The notes beneath the pieces are model-generated. The model was not told where the DNA came from. It saw only the letters and a list, made by a program, of their open reading frames with translations, and did no database searches. From assembly GCA_963758635.1 (NCBI GenBank), contig CAVWWD010000007.1:416001-480000 (forward strand): a stretch of 64,000 nucleotides of DNA. Reading direction: 5' to 3'. This stretch comes from an uncultured Candidatus Rokubacteria bacterium (GTDB lineage: Bacteria > Methylomirabilota > Methylomirabilia > Rokubacteriales > CSP1-6). A program made the translations under genes and the position numbers. Positions within the stretch are counted from its first letter, which is position 1, and every line of letters starts with the position of its first letter. Positions 1-11,616 of the stretch are shown piece by piece.

Positions 1-742
1 GTAGATGTCGAGCTCCGGGCGGACGCGCTTGAGCGCGGCGGCCAGCCGGGTCCCGTACTCCTGCGGCGCGCCCGCGTCGGCGTCGAGGCCGGGCTGGGTC
101 GCCAGCAGCTCCCGCAGGACGGGCGCGTCGTGGCGGGACGCGAACGGGAAGCCGTCGCCGATCACCACGGCCTGGATGGCGCCGTTGAACAGCGCGGCGA
201 GCACGGCGTCCTCGAAGCTGCCGACCACGACGCTCTCGTAGATGAACTGGTCCTCCGGCCGGCGCAGGCGGCGGAGATCCTGCGCGACCCCGGGCCACCG
301 CGCCGGCGGCGCCGGGGAGACGATGAGGAGCTCGAAGTACGGCCGCCGCGTCTCACCCGTGTCCAGGCGGGGCGGCAGGCGAAGCGCGCCCGGGCCCTCC
401 GCCGCGTCGTCGGCGGTCTCCCAGTCCGAGGCATCGGCGCGGTAGCTGTCCGACATCAGGGCGGCGTTGATCCGCTGGACGAGCCGCGCCACGTCGCCGG
501 CGTCGCCCTGGGCGATCTGGTCCTCGATGGCGCGCAGCAGGCGCGGCCCCGGGTAGCCGAAGAAGCTCTCGGCCGGGCGCATCTCCGCGAGCGCGGCCTC
601 GACCGCCGCCCGGCCGCGTCTTGTTCGGCTTGGCGGCCCAGGTCTGCGCGGCGAGGGAGAGGTTGTACCAGCGGTCGAGCCGCGCCTGCCCCGTGGAGAA
701 CAGACGGTCGATGCGTTCCGGATCTCGCGTGCCAGCCTTCAT
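1..742 (-). CDS. Orn/Lys/Arg decarboxylase-family PLP enzyme, N-terminal part (runs off window; frameshift ~610)
   Basis: Starts MKAGTRDPERIDRLFSTGQARLDRW. After a frame change it reads ...ESFFGYPG...RRPYFELLIV...LRRPEDQFIYESVVVGSFEDAVLAALFNGAIQAVVIGDGF...RPELDIY, typical of the N-terminal/receiver-like region of large basic-amino-acid decarboxylases. Confidence 0.75.
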
Positions 743-793
743 GTGATCACTCCTCGAATCGATGACCGCGGCTCGTGCCGCAGCCGTCGGGTC

Positions 794-2142
794 TCAGATC
801 AGGTCTCGGTCCCAGTTGAGGATCAGGCGGAACTGATAGCCGGTGGTCTTGCTGTTCTGCTGGTCGAGGACGGCCGCCCGCGCCCGGAACCACATTCCCT
901 GCAGGACCGGCAGCTTGAAGGGCGGGCGGTAGTCGACGGTGAAGTCGTACTCCGCCTGGTCGGGGGCCTTCCTGCGGGTGGAGGCGTCGATGGCGTCCCA
1001 GCCCCACGCGAAGTTGACGTTGGCGCTCAGGCCCTCGACGAGGATCTTCGAGAAGTCGTACGCGGCGCCGATCAGCACCGCCTTCTCGTTGGCGCGGTTG
1101 AAGTCCTGGTCGATGAGCGAGAGGTAGCCGGGGAAGCTCCCCCAGGGGTTCTGGATCCTGTTCCCCGCTCCCGTGATCGAGAAGGCTCCGGTGATCTGGA
1201 GGTCTCCGTAGATCGCCTGCACGCGCACGCCCCCCTGCTGGGTGTCCCAGTGGCGGCCGTCGGCCCGGGGCAGGAGGGCGTCGCCCACGGCGCGCTGGTC
1301 CGTGAACTGGGCGCCCAGGCCGAGCTTCCAGTTCTCGCTCACCGGGAAGAGGTACGCGCCCTCGAGGTAGAACGTGTTGAGGGTGTTGATGCCGAAATTG
1401 TTGCTGATGTCGAACCGGAGCCCCTCCAGCGGAGTCAGGCGGAACCCGATCAGGGCGGCGCCGTCGTTGCTTCCCGCCGCGCCGGCCTGCTCGGACATGT
1501 CGATGAACTCGTCGGCGTTCCTGGGCTTGATCTTCCACAGGTAGCCCGCGAGGTACTCGACCCAGCCCACCTTGCCCCCGAGCGTCACGCCCTCGAAGGT
1601 GTTCGGCGTCATCCGGTTGTCGTGCGAGGTTGATGTACGGCTGCTCGACCTGCTGCCGGTAGCCCTTGAGGAGCGCGTACTCCTTGTAGCGCAGCGCGCC
1701 CCACGCCTCGGCCGGAACGTAGTAGCCTTCCTGGCCGGACTTGAGGAGCAGGGTGCCGTCGCGGTCGCGGGGGGCGTAGAGCTCCGCCGAGCCGTACAGG
1801 CTGGCGCCCATCGCGAACGTGTCGAACAGCCACCCGGACTGGTAGGTGATCCAGCCGCCGAACGCCCACGCCTCGTTGATCGAGTCGTTGGGGTTGGTGC
1901 GGTTGAAGTAGTAGCTCCGGAGATGCAGCTTGAGGTCGGTGTCGCGGATGAACGGGGGGAGATTGGAGGCGTGCAACCAGTCCTTCGCCTCCTTGAAGAC
2001 TTTCTCGATGGGCGGGGTGAACGGCGGCGGCGGGGCGTCTTCCGCCGACGCGGACCCCCACCATGCGGCGGAGATGACGAGAGCCGCCAGGATCCAGAAC
2101 AGCGCCCAGGCTCTGCATCCGTTGCATCACGAAATGTCGCAT
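794..2142 (-). CDS. OprD-family outer membrane porin (frameshifts ~2120 and ~1625)
   Basis: Joined frames give a signal peptide, then LHLRSYYFNR...YQSGW...DNRMTPNTFEG...YQFRLILNWDRDLI. GGAGG RBS before ATG 2142. Confidence 0.8.
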
Positions 2143-2485
2143 CGCCACCTCCGTGCACACGGCTGTTATTCGCGCATTCGCCGCCCGCCGCGTCACCCCT
2201 CCGCAATCGGTGTGCCGGACCGCGCGTGAGGGACGATCAGCTTTCCAGCGCGACCCTCGATGCCCGGTGGGGCGCGGGCCCCTCAGGTGAGGTCCCGACG
2301 CCTCACTCCCGGGTCGCTCGCCTGCGGCTCCATGTTGGCCGACATCTCAGCTGTCGGGCGACATTTCAGGTCTTCCGCCTTCAGGCTTGAAGCAAATGTG
2401 GCTTTCGACTTCGCCGTGCGCGCAAACACCGCGATTCTGCGTACACACGCGGAGCCGGCTCCTCATTTCTTCACAGACCCTTGCT

Positions 2486-2511
2486 GAAGTCCCGAAGGAG
2501 TTCGGAAAATT
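2486..2511 (-). promoter_or_regulatory. Putative operator motif, copy 1
   Basis: Reverse complement AATTTTCCGAACTCCTTCGGGACTTC matches 10930-10955 at 18/26 positions. Lies in the divergent porin/regulator intergenic region. Confidence 0.3.
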
Positions 2512-2673
2512 CTCCTCCCGCGCGTCAGCAGCGCGCGCGTCATCCAGACCGGGCCCGCCGCAACGGGCAGCCCCGGAAGTGCCCCGAGTGTCGCCGGATG
2601 GAGCCGCGACAGGACATTAGACCTTCGTCCCATCCGTGTTCGTGGCGCGGGCGTTGGCCTACAATCTGAGCCG

Positions 2674-5500
2674 ATGATCGAGTTTCCCCCCTACCGGGTG
2701 GACCCTCGCGCGGAGCGCTTGTGGCGGGGCAGCCAGCCGGTGCCGCTCCGACCCAAGGCGTGGACGTTGCTGTACTACCTCGCGCAGCGACCGGGCCTCC
2801 TCGTCACCAAGGAGGAGCTCCACAAGGCGGTCTGGGGCGACATCGTGGTGTCGGACGATACCGTCACGCGGACGGTCGCCGAGCTGCGCCGGGCCCTCCG
2901 CGACGACGCTCGGGAGCCGCGCCTCATCGAGACCGTGCACCGGCGTGGGTTCCGCTTCATTGCGTCGATTCCGCCGGCTCCCGCGGTGGCGGAGGCGGGC
3001 GCCGAGCCGGCCTCGCGGCCGGAGGCGAGCGACCTCATCGGGCGCGACGCTGAGCTGCTGACGCTGTGGCGCCACTTCCGCCAGGCGCAGGGAGGCCGCC
3101 GTCAGGCGGTCTTCGTCCAGGGCGAGGCGGGGATCGGCAAGAGCGCCCTGGTCGAGAGCTTCGTGAAGGCCGTGGCGGCCGCGCCCGATCCCGTGCTGAT
3201 CGCGATCGGCCAGAGCGTCGAGCAGTACGCCCAGCGCGAGCCGTACATGCCGGTCCTGGAGGCGCTCGGGCGGCTGAGCCAGGGACCGTTCGCGCGGGAC
3301 GTGCTGTCGGCCATGCGGTCGGTCGCTCCGAGCTGGCTGGCGCAGTTTCCGGCGCTCCAGGGCCCGACCGACGTCGAGCGGCTGCGACGCTGGCACGCCG
3401 ACACCACGCCCCACCGGATGCTCCGGGAGTTCTCCGGCCTCGTCGAGGCCCTCGCGGCCGAGCGCCCCCTGATCATCGTGCTCGAGGATCTCCACTGGAG
3501 CGACCAGGCCACGGTGGACCTGGTCTCGGTGCTCGCCCAGCGGACGGAGACGGCGCGCCTGATGCTCGTGGGCACGCATCGGCCGGCGCAGGCCGCGGCG
3601 CTCGACCACCCCATCCAGCAGGTCCTCACGCTGCTGCGCGCGCGCCGCCGGTGCGCGGAGATCGCCCTCGAGTACCTGACCCGGCAGGACGTGGCCGCCT
3701 ACCTGCAGCGGCGGTTCGAGGGCTCGCGGGTGGCCGACGAGGTCGTGAGCGTCGTCCACGGGCACACCGACGGCAATGTCCCTCTTCATGATCCTGCTCG
3801 TCGATCACCTGCTCGCGCGCCGCCTGCTCGTGGAGCAGGGAGGCACGTGGCGGTTGACGGCGGCGCGTACGTCGATCGAGCAGGAGGTGCCCGACAACCT
3901 CCGCCAGCTGATCGAAGGACAGCTCCGGCTGGCCTCGCTGGAGGAGCGGGACGTGCTGGAGGTCGCCAGCGTCGCCGGGCTGGCGTTCGATGCGCCGGCG
4001 GTGGCGGCCGGGCTCGCCGGCCCCGCGGACGCCGTCGACTCGATCTGCCACCGGCTCTCCCGCGCGGACCGCTGGCTCCGGGCGCTGGGGCACCGGGAAT
4101 GGCCGGATGGCGCCCTCGTCTCGCGCTACGCGTTCCAGCACGCGCTCTACCAGCGCGCGCTCTACGACCGCCTCTCGCCCGGGCGTCGCGCGACGCTGCA
4201 CGAGCAGATGGGGCGGCACCTGGAGTCGGCGTACGCCGGTCGCGGGGCGGAGGTCGCGAGCGAGCTGGCCCGCCATTTCCAGGGGGGCCGGGATCACGCC
4301 CGGGCCGTCGTCTATCTCGAGCAGGCGGCCAACCAGGCGAACGATCGGCACGCCTACCGGGAAGTGCTCTCGTGCCTCGGCCCCGCGCTCCGCCTCGTCA
4401 AGGGGCTGCCGGACACGGTTGACCGGGCGCGGGACGAGCTGCGGCTCCGGCGCCTGTACGCGAGCGTGCTGTCCCAGACCGCCGGCTACGAGCGGGCCGA
4501 GCTGCTCGACAACCTGAAGCGGACGCAGGCCCTGTGCGAGCAGCTCGGCGACACCGCCGCGCTCTACGACGCGCTCAGCGCGCTCTACCTGCTGCACGCG
4601 ACGGGCGGCGATCTCGTGACCGCCGAGGGGATGGGAGCTCAGATCCTGCGCCTGGCCGACCGCGTGGACGCGTCCGCCGCTCTCCAGGCCCACTTTCTGA
4701 GGGGCGCCAGCGCCCTGTGGATGGGCGACCAGGGCGCGGCGGAAGCGTTCCTGACCAGGGCGCTTCGGTCCACGGTCAGCGTGGAGGCGGCGGCCCGGCC
4801 GTACGCGGTGAATCCGGTGATCGGGGCCCGCTCCTTCGACGGCCTCCGGCGGTGGATCGCCGGGGACGCGGCGGGGGCGCGGAACGTCCAGCGGGACGCC
4901 GTGAGGATGGCCGAGAAGATCGGCCATCCCTACACGGTCGCGGAGGCCCTGACGTTCAGCGCCTTCGTCCTGCTGCTCGAGGGCGACTGGCCGGAGGCGG
5001 CCGAGCGCGCCGAGAGGGTGCTCGCGCTGGCCGACGAGTACGGGTTCCCGCGCTGGCAGGGGCGGGCGCTGGTGATCCGCGGTCGGGCGCTCGTCGGCGA
5101 GGGCAAGGCCGCCGCGGGCCTGGGGGAGATCAACGAGGGCCTGGATCTGCTCAGGCGGACCGGGCTCCGGCTCGGCTACTCCCTGCTGCTGTCGCTGCAC
5201 GCGGACGCGGCGCGGGAGGCCGGGCGGTTCGACGAAGGGTTATCCGCCGCCGCGGCCGGGCTCGCCCATTGCGAGGACACCGGCGAGCGCCTCTTCGAGG
5301 CCGAGCTGTGGCGCCTGCGCGGAGAGATCCACGCGCGGCGCGGCGGCGGCCGGGCCCGCGCCCGGAACGGCGACGCCGCCGAGGCCGAGGCGTGCCTCGC
5401 GCGCGCCCGCACGATCGCGCGCGCGCAGAGCGCTCGCATGATCGAGAAGCGCGCGACCGCCCGGCCGATCGCTTCGGCGCCCCGCCGCGCCTCCCGCTGA
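2674..5500 (+). CDS. OmpR/PhoB-type winged-helix + AAA ATPase (AAA_16) + TPR-like regulator (frameshift ~3778)
   Basis: N-terminal wHTH (LRPKAWTLLYYL...IETVHRRGFRF), Walker A GEAGIGKS, Walker B LEDLHWSD, YAFQHALYQ, C-terminal EAELWRLRGE repeat region. Confidence 0.88.
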
Positions 5501-5537
5501 CCGCGCGTCGCCCCTTGCGGCGCGGGGCGCGGCCGGG

Positions 5538-6560
5538 TCAGACCGTCGCCAGTCTCCGCGCCCGCGCGTTCCAGATGCGGCCGTCCAGCCAGTAGTGCCC
5601 GAGCAGGCCCGCGGTCAGGAACGGCTCGAGCCCACCGATCCCGGTCATCGTGCACGCCGCCCAGGACGCGAGGCCCAGCACGGGCCACACCGCGAACCGC
5701 GCCAGGCGGCCGACCTCCACCACCGCGCCGCGCCCCCGGGAGGACGGGGTCCCCCGCGCCAGCGCGTACGTGAAGAAGAGGTACTGCACCTCGTGGTGGA
5801 TCGCGAGGACGAGCACGAACCAGGAGTTCCCGGCCCCGAGGACGTAGGCGCTGCCGAAGCCCAGCGCGTTGGCCACGACCAGCCAGCGCTCGCCCGGGTG
5901 CACGACCGGTTGCGACGGCGTCAGGTCTTCCGGATGGTCGCGCCGGGGCAAGGTGGTCCGGCCGATGGTCAGCGCGAGGTACGCGAGCACGCTCAGGGCG
6001 GCGAGCATGGCGAGCGCCCACAGGAGGTCCGGGGAGAGCGAGAGCTGATGGAACGGCTCGCCCTCGTGATCCGGCGCGATGCTCGTGTAGTACGCGACCG
6101 TCGCGATCATCGGCAGATAGAACGCGGCCTGGAGCAGCCAGCGGTGGGGCGCCGACACGGGCCCTCCCGCGCGGCGCTGATAGTGCCGCGCGATGCCCAG
6201 GGTCTGGCGCCCGCGATGCCAGGCGCCGAGGTAGAGGACGACCGTGGTCAGGAGCACCGCGCGGTCGTTCCAGGAGAGCGCGTACGTCGCGGCCACGATG
6301 GCGAGCGGCACCAGCAGCAGCTCCACCGGCATCCGCCGCCACAGCCGGCGCCGCACGATGGCGCCGTAGGTCGCGCCCAGGTGCAGCTCGCCCAGGATGA
6401 TGTCCGCCGCGGCGAGCTCGCGCTCGCCATGCCAGGCGAGCACGAGCGCCATCAGCAGCAGGAGCGCGCCGCCCCCCGCCGCGACGCCCCAGAAGTCCGC
6501 CCGCTCGGAGACGAGCCAGACGCCCGGCGAGGAGACCCGCGCTTCGGCGGTCAGCCGCAC
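5538..6560 (-). CDS. Uncharacterised polytopic membrane protein with His motifs
   Basis: Multiple hydrophobic segments. Motifs LHLGATY, WHRGRQTLGI, IHHEVQY, GHYWLDGRIW. Start approximate (GTG). Confidence 0.65.
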   Translation of the reverse strand: MRLTAEARVSSPGVWLVSERADFWGVAAGGGALLLLMALVLAWHGERELAAADIILGELHLGATYGAIVRRRLWRRMPVELLLVPLAIVAATYALSWNDRAVLLTTVVLYLGAWHRGRQTLGIARHYQRRAGGPVSAPHRWLLQAAFYLPMIATVAYYTSIAPDHEGEPFHQLSLSPDLLWALAMLAALSVLAYLALTIGRTTLPRRDHPEDLTPSQPVVHPGERWLVVANALGFGSAYVLGAGNSWFVLVLAIHHEVQYLFFTYALARGTPSSRGRGAVVEVGRLARFAVWPVLGLASWAACTMTGIGGLEPFLTAGLLGHYWLDGRIWNARARRLATV

Positions 6561-6567
6561 GGCGTCG

Positions 6568-8050
6568 TCATCCGGCCACGAGGTCGAAGACGTGATGCCC
6601 CCAGGGACCGAGGTCCAGGTAGAGCCCGCGCGAGACGAGATCGCTGCCCGCCCGATCGTAGCGCGCGGGCGACAGCAGGTCCTCGAGCCGCACCGGACGG
6701 TCACTGAGGTCGGAGAATGGCAGACGCACGTAGCACTGCCCCTGGCTGCCCGAGTAGTTCACGGTGACGATCCGCCGCTCCGCGCCCGGGCCCTCCCAGC
6801 ACCACGCGATGAACCCGTCCCACGTCCAGTTGCCGTCCCACGCCGGCACGCACTCGAGCAGGCGCCACCGGCCCGTCGCGGACGACCGGCTGCCGCACCA
6901 CGGCCAGGAGACGCTCGTAGAACGCCTTCAGCGCGCCGTCGACCGGCTCGACCGGCGCCCGGCCGAGGTGGGGCGAGATGCGTTTCCGCCGGCCCTCGAG
7001 CTGCCCGTCGTGGAAGAACCGGAGGCCCGGCGTGAGATAGGTGACGACGGCCGCCGCCTCGTGCATCCCGGGCGGAAAGGCCGTGGCCGCGCGAGGCTCG
7101 TCGTGGTTCTCCATGAAGCGCGCGAGCCGCTGCTGGTAGTCGAGGCCGGCGAGAAGGTGCTCGCGGACCGGCCGCGCGTGCCCCTGGTGCAGCCGGTCGT
7201 AGAGGCGCTTGTCGTAGGCATAGTCGAACCCTTGCTGCATCATCGTCCACTCGAGGTCCCAGTACACCTCGGCCATGAAGCGGAAGCCGGGGTGGCGCTC
7301 GCGCACCCTGCCGATCGCCTCGGGCCAGAAGGAGGGCGCCCGGCGCCCCCACGTGCGCTCGAACACGTCGGGCAGGACGAGCATCGCCATGTCGCAGCGG
7401 ACCCCGTCGCACTGGCCGGCGATCTTCACCAGCTCCCGGCTCATCGCGTCCTGCGTGTCCGGGTTGGCGTAGTCGAGCTGGAGCGTGTCGGGCCAGCCCG
7501 GGAAGTACGGATCCCGCCCGTGAGCGAGGATCGCCGGTCCGCGCCGGCCCGGGACGCGCGTCCAGTTCTGTGGAGCGCGCTCGAGATCACCCTCCGTTCC
7601 GGCGACGAAGCGGGCGGGGTGGTCGGCCACCCACGGGTGGTCCAGCGCGGTGTGGTTGGGGACGAAGTCGAGCATCAGCCGGAGGCCGCGCCGGCGCAGG
7701 CGCTCGCGAAGCCGCGCCAGCGCCGGGTCGCCGCCCAGCGCGGGCGAGACCGCGTACCCGGTGATCGCGAACCCCGACCCGGGGATGTCGTCCTCACGGA
7801 GGTCGGGCAGCGTGTGCTCGAACTCCCGGCGCCACTCCGGGTTCTCCCGCGACACGCGCCGGCCCGCGGCGCCGGTCGACCACACGCTGAGGAGCCAGAC
7901 CCAGTCGAACCCCCGCCCGGCGACCTCGTCCAGCTCGGCGTCCGGCACGTCGTCCAGCGTGGCGGCCCGGCCGAGGGTCCGCGACAGCTCGGTGAGCCGC
8001 ACGCGGGTGTTGATCTGGTAGAGCGACGGATGCGCCGCGGATCGGCGCAT
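6568..8050 (-). CDS. Alpha-amylase family glycoside hydrolase (GH13) (frameshift ~6870)
   Basis: [35 protein letters not shown] and RFMENHDE match GH13 conserved regions. Confidence 0.88.
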
Positions 8051-10783
8051 GTGCAGCGGGCCCGCCGTCGGGTGGGGCTCTCCGCCGCGCCGGGCGCAGC
8101 CGGCGGCGTTTCCAGGGCGCCGGCCACCTTGCCGCGCTCGAGGAACTCGTCGCCCGTGCTCGTGGCGAACAGATGCATGCCGCGCGCGACGACACCGGTC
8201 CACCCGGTCTGGTGACTGGCGCCGAGGCCGGCCCCGTTGTCGCCGTGGAAGTACTCGTAGAACAGGATGAGATCGCGCCAGTGCGGGTCGTCCTGGAACT
8301 TCCGCGTGGCGCCGTACACGGGACGCCGGCCATCGGCGCCCCGGAGGAAGATGGCGGCGAGCCGGCGGGTGATCTCCTCGGCCACCTGGTACAGGGTCAT
8401 GAGCCGCCCCGACCCCGTGGGGCACTCGATCCTGAACTCGTTGCCGTAATACATGTAGTAGTGGAGCAGGGCCCGGATGATGAGGACGTTCACGGGCATC
8501 CAGACGGGCCCGCGCCAGTTGGAGTTGCCGCCGAACATCCCGTTGTCGGACTCCGCGGGCAGGTAGGACACGCGGTACTCCTGCCCCGACACGGTGAACA
8601 CGTAGGGATGATCGGCGTGGTAGCGGGACAGGGCGCGGATGCCGTGAGGCCCCAGGAACTCCTGCTCGTCGAGCATCGCCGAGAGCACGCGGCGCAGCCG
8701 CGTGGCGTCCAGCACCGAGGCGAGGCGCCGGCCGCCGTGGCCCTGGGCGGCCGGATCGTGGATGAAGCCCCGGAGCTCCGCGTGCTCGGTGAAGAACCGG
8801 TGGAGCCGCTCGCGGAGGTCCGGGTGGCTGTCCAGGATCTTTCCGTCGAACACGGTGACCGCGCACAGCGGGAGCAGGCCGACCATGGAGCGGACCTTGA
8901 GCCGCTGCGCCCGGCCGTCGGGCAGCCTGAGCACGTCGTAGAAGAAGCCGTCGTCCTCGTCCCACATGCCGGTGCCGTCGCCGGCGTGGGTGAGGGCGGT
9001 CGCGATCCACATGAAGTGCTCGATGAACTTGAGGCTCATGTCCGCGTAGACGGGCCGCCACGCGGTCAGCTCGGCGCTGATCTCGATCATGTTCTGGCAG
9101 AAGAGCGCCATCCAGGCGGTGCCGTCGGCCTGCTCCAGGTACCCGCCGGTCGGCAGCGGCGCGCTGCGGTCGAAGACCCCGATGTTGTCGAGGCCGAGGA
9201 AGCCTCCCTCGAAGGCGTTGTTGCCGGTCTGGTCCTTGCGGTTCACCCACCAGGTGAAGTTCAGGACCAGCTTGTGGAAGGCGCGCTCCAGCCAGTCCAG
9301 GTCGCCGTGCCCGCGGCGGATCCGCTCCAGCGTGTACGTGAACATGGTCGACCACGCGTGCACCGGCGGGTTCACGTCGCCGAAGTTCCACTCGTAGGCC
9401 GGGATCTGCCCGCTCGGGTGCAGGTACACGCTCTCCAGCATCAGGTCGAGCTGGCGCTTGCTGAAGTCCTCGTCGACCAGGGACAGGGCGAGGACGTGGA
9501 AGGCGAGGTCCCACGCCGCGTACCACGGGTACTCCCACTTGTCCGGCATCGAGATGATGTCGGCGTTGGCCAGATGGTGCCAGTGCTCGTTGCGCGGGGC
9601 GCGGCGTCGCCCGGGATCGAAGGGGCGAGCCCCGCGCTCGGTGAGCCACCGGTTGACGTCGTAGTAGTAGAACTGCTTGGACCACAGCATGCCGGCCAGG
9701 GCCTGGCGCATCACGTTGGCGCCGTCTCCGTCCACGGAGGGGGGGATGACGGTCGCGTAGAACTCGTCGGCCTCCTCGCGTCGGGCGGCCATCACCGCGT
9801 CGAAGTCGTCGCCACGGCCGGTGGGCGCGCGGTCCGCGAGCCGGAGCCGGACCGTGCTCGACCCCTTCGCGGGGACGGTGAGGGTGTAGTGCGCCGCGGC
9901 CTTCGTCCCGGTGCCCGCGGGGTTCACCGCGTCGCGCCGCCCGTGGACGACGTAGCCGTCGAAGGCGTCCTTCACGTACGGGGTGCGGTTGGGCGTCCCG
10001 AAGAGCCGCTCGGTGTTGGTCTCGTTCTCGGTGAAGAGGAGCGCGGCCGCGCCCTCGCAGGACGAGGAAGCGCTCGCCGAGGTCCGGATGGGCGGCCGCG
10101 ATCAGCGCGGGCCCGGCCTGCCGGAGGCTCGGGCGCGGCGCCTCGCCCCCCCACGACCACGTGTTGCGGAACCAGAGCGTCGGCAGCACGTGAAGCGTGG
10201 CCGGCTCGGGACCGCGGTTCTCGACGGTGATCCGGACCAGGATGTCGTCCGGCGCCGCCTTGGCGTACTCCACGAACACGTCGAAGTAGCGGTCCTCGTC
10301 GAAGACGCCGGTGTCGAGCAGCTCGTACTCGAGCTCGTCCCGGCTGCGGCGTCCGTTGGTCGCGATGAGGTCGGCGTAGGGATACGAGGCCTGCGGGTAC
10401 TTGTACAGGTACTTCATGTACGAGTGGGTGGGCGTCGAGTCGAGGTAGAAGTAGTACTCCTTCACGTCCTCGCCGTGGTTGCCCTCGCTGTTGGTCAGCC
10501 CGAAGAGCCGCTCCTTGAGGATGGGGTCCCGGCCGTTCCACAGGGCCAGCGCGAAGCACAGGAGCTGCTTGTCGTCGGAGATCCCGCCGAGCCCGTCCTC
10601 GCCCCAGCGGTAGGCGCGCGAGCGCGCCTGGTCGTGGCTGAAGTAGTTCCACGCGTCGCCGGAGTCGCTGTAGTCCTCGCGGACGGTGCCCCACTGCCGC
10701 TCCGACAGGTATGGGCCCCACTTCCGCCAGGATCCGTGGCCCCCCTTCGACTCGTCCAGGCGGCGGCGCTCGGCGTCCTTCAT
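8047..10783 (-). CDS. MGH1-like / GH63 glucosidase (frameshift ~10060; 3' end approximate)
   Basis: [67 protein letters not shown]. Confidence 0.9.
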
Positions 10784-10929
10784 GGCTGGGCCCCCCTCTT
10801 GGCCCTGTCGTCGACGGGAGGTTGAACCGCTCCGGATCGGTCCGAGCGCCAGGCGGGCGCCCCGGGTTCGCGCTCCTCGTCTTAGCGCAGTCCCGGACCC
10901 GTGTCGATGGTGACACGGGACGGTCGGAC

Positions 10930-10955
10930 AAATTTCCGGGTTTTGTCGGGATTTC
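10930..10955 (+). promoter_or_regulatory. Putative operator motif, copy 2 (10-bp-period imperfect direct repeats)
   Basis: AATTTCCGGG/TTTTGTCGGG/ATTTC, an AT-rich patch between divergent genes. Similar to 2486-2511. Confidence 0.3.
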
Positions 10956-10987
10956 GCGGCCCCCGATCGATCATGATCCTTCGCGCG

Positions 10988-11317
10988 ATGACGACGCCTC
11001 GGTCGAGGCGAACGGAGACGGCGGGCGCGGCCGACGCCGGCGGCGCCCAGGCGGGCGCCCCGACCCTGCCGTACGGGCGCGCCTTCATCGTGCAGTTCAC
11101 GTCGGAGACCGAGACGTCGCGCCGTCGCGTCGCCGGGCGGGTCGAGCACCTGAAGTCGGGAGGGCGGTCCTGGTTCACGTCGGTCGACGGGTTGCTCGCG
11201 TCGATGACCGAGCTCCTCGGGGAGCCGCCGGGCCCTCGCGCGCGGCGCCGGGACGCGACCAGGCCGTCGGGCTCCCGCCGCGGCCCGCGTGGCGGCAAGA
11301 CGCGGCGCGCGCGGTGA
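10988..11317 (+). CDS. Small conserved-looking hypothetical protein (RAFIVQF...GRVEH...F.S..LLA motif)
   Basis: [52 protein letters not shown] recognise this motif type from small proteins near wHTH-AAA regulators. Confidence 0.65.
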   Translation: MTTPRSRRTETAGAADAGGAQAGAPTLPYGRAFIVQFTSETETSRRRVAGRVEHLKSGGRSWFTSVDGLLASMTELLGEPPGPRARRRDATRPSGSRRGPRGGKTRRAR

Positions 11318-11616
11318 CGCCGCGCGCGGCGTTCGCCGCCCGCGACGCCGCGCCCGCGCGGCGCGAATCGGTCCGCCGGGTCGCGCGCGTCGAGTACACT
11401 GTCCCCGGCGCGTCGCCCGTGCCGTGTGATGGGAGTCGAAGGCTGTCGGACGTCCGCGTGAAGTCGTCATCTTCCATCCTCGTGCCGACCGAGGTCCGCC
11501 CCGGCGTGTTCGAGGATGAGGCGGGGAGGAACCGGAATGCGCGAGAACATCGACCACAGGGGCGGACGTTCCACCGGGAACACCCTCTGGCCCAGCCGCC
11601 GTCAGGAAGCCCGGTG

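Noticed and set aside
6701..11557. 1618-aa glycosidase fusion ORF
   Set aside because: It is a patchwork of the GH63 N-terminus, out-of-frame sequence and the GH13 gene, caused by a frameshift and stop-poor high-GC DNA.
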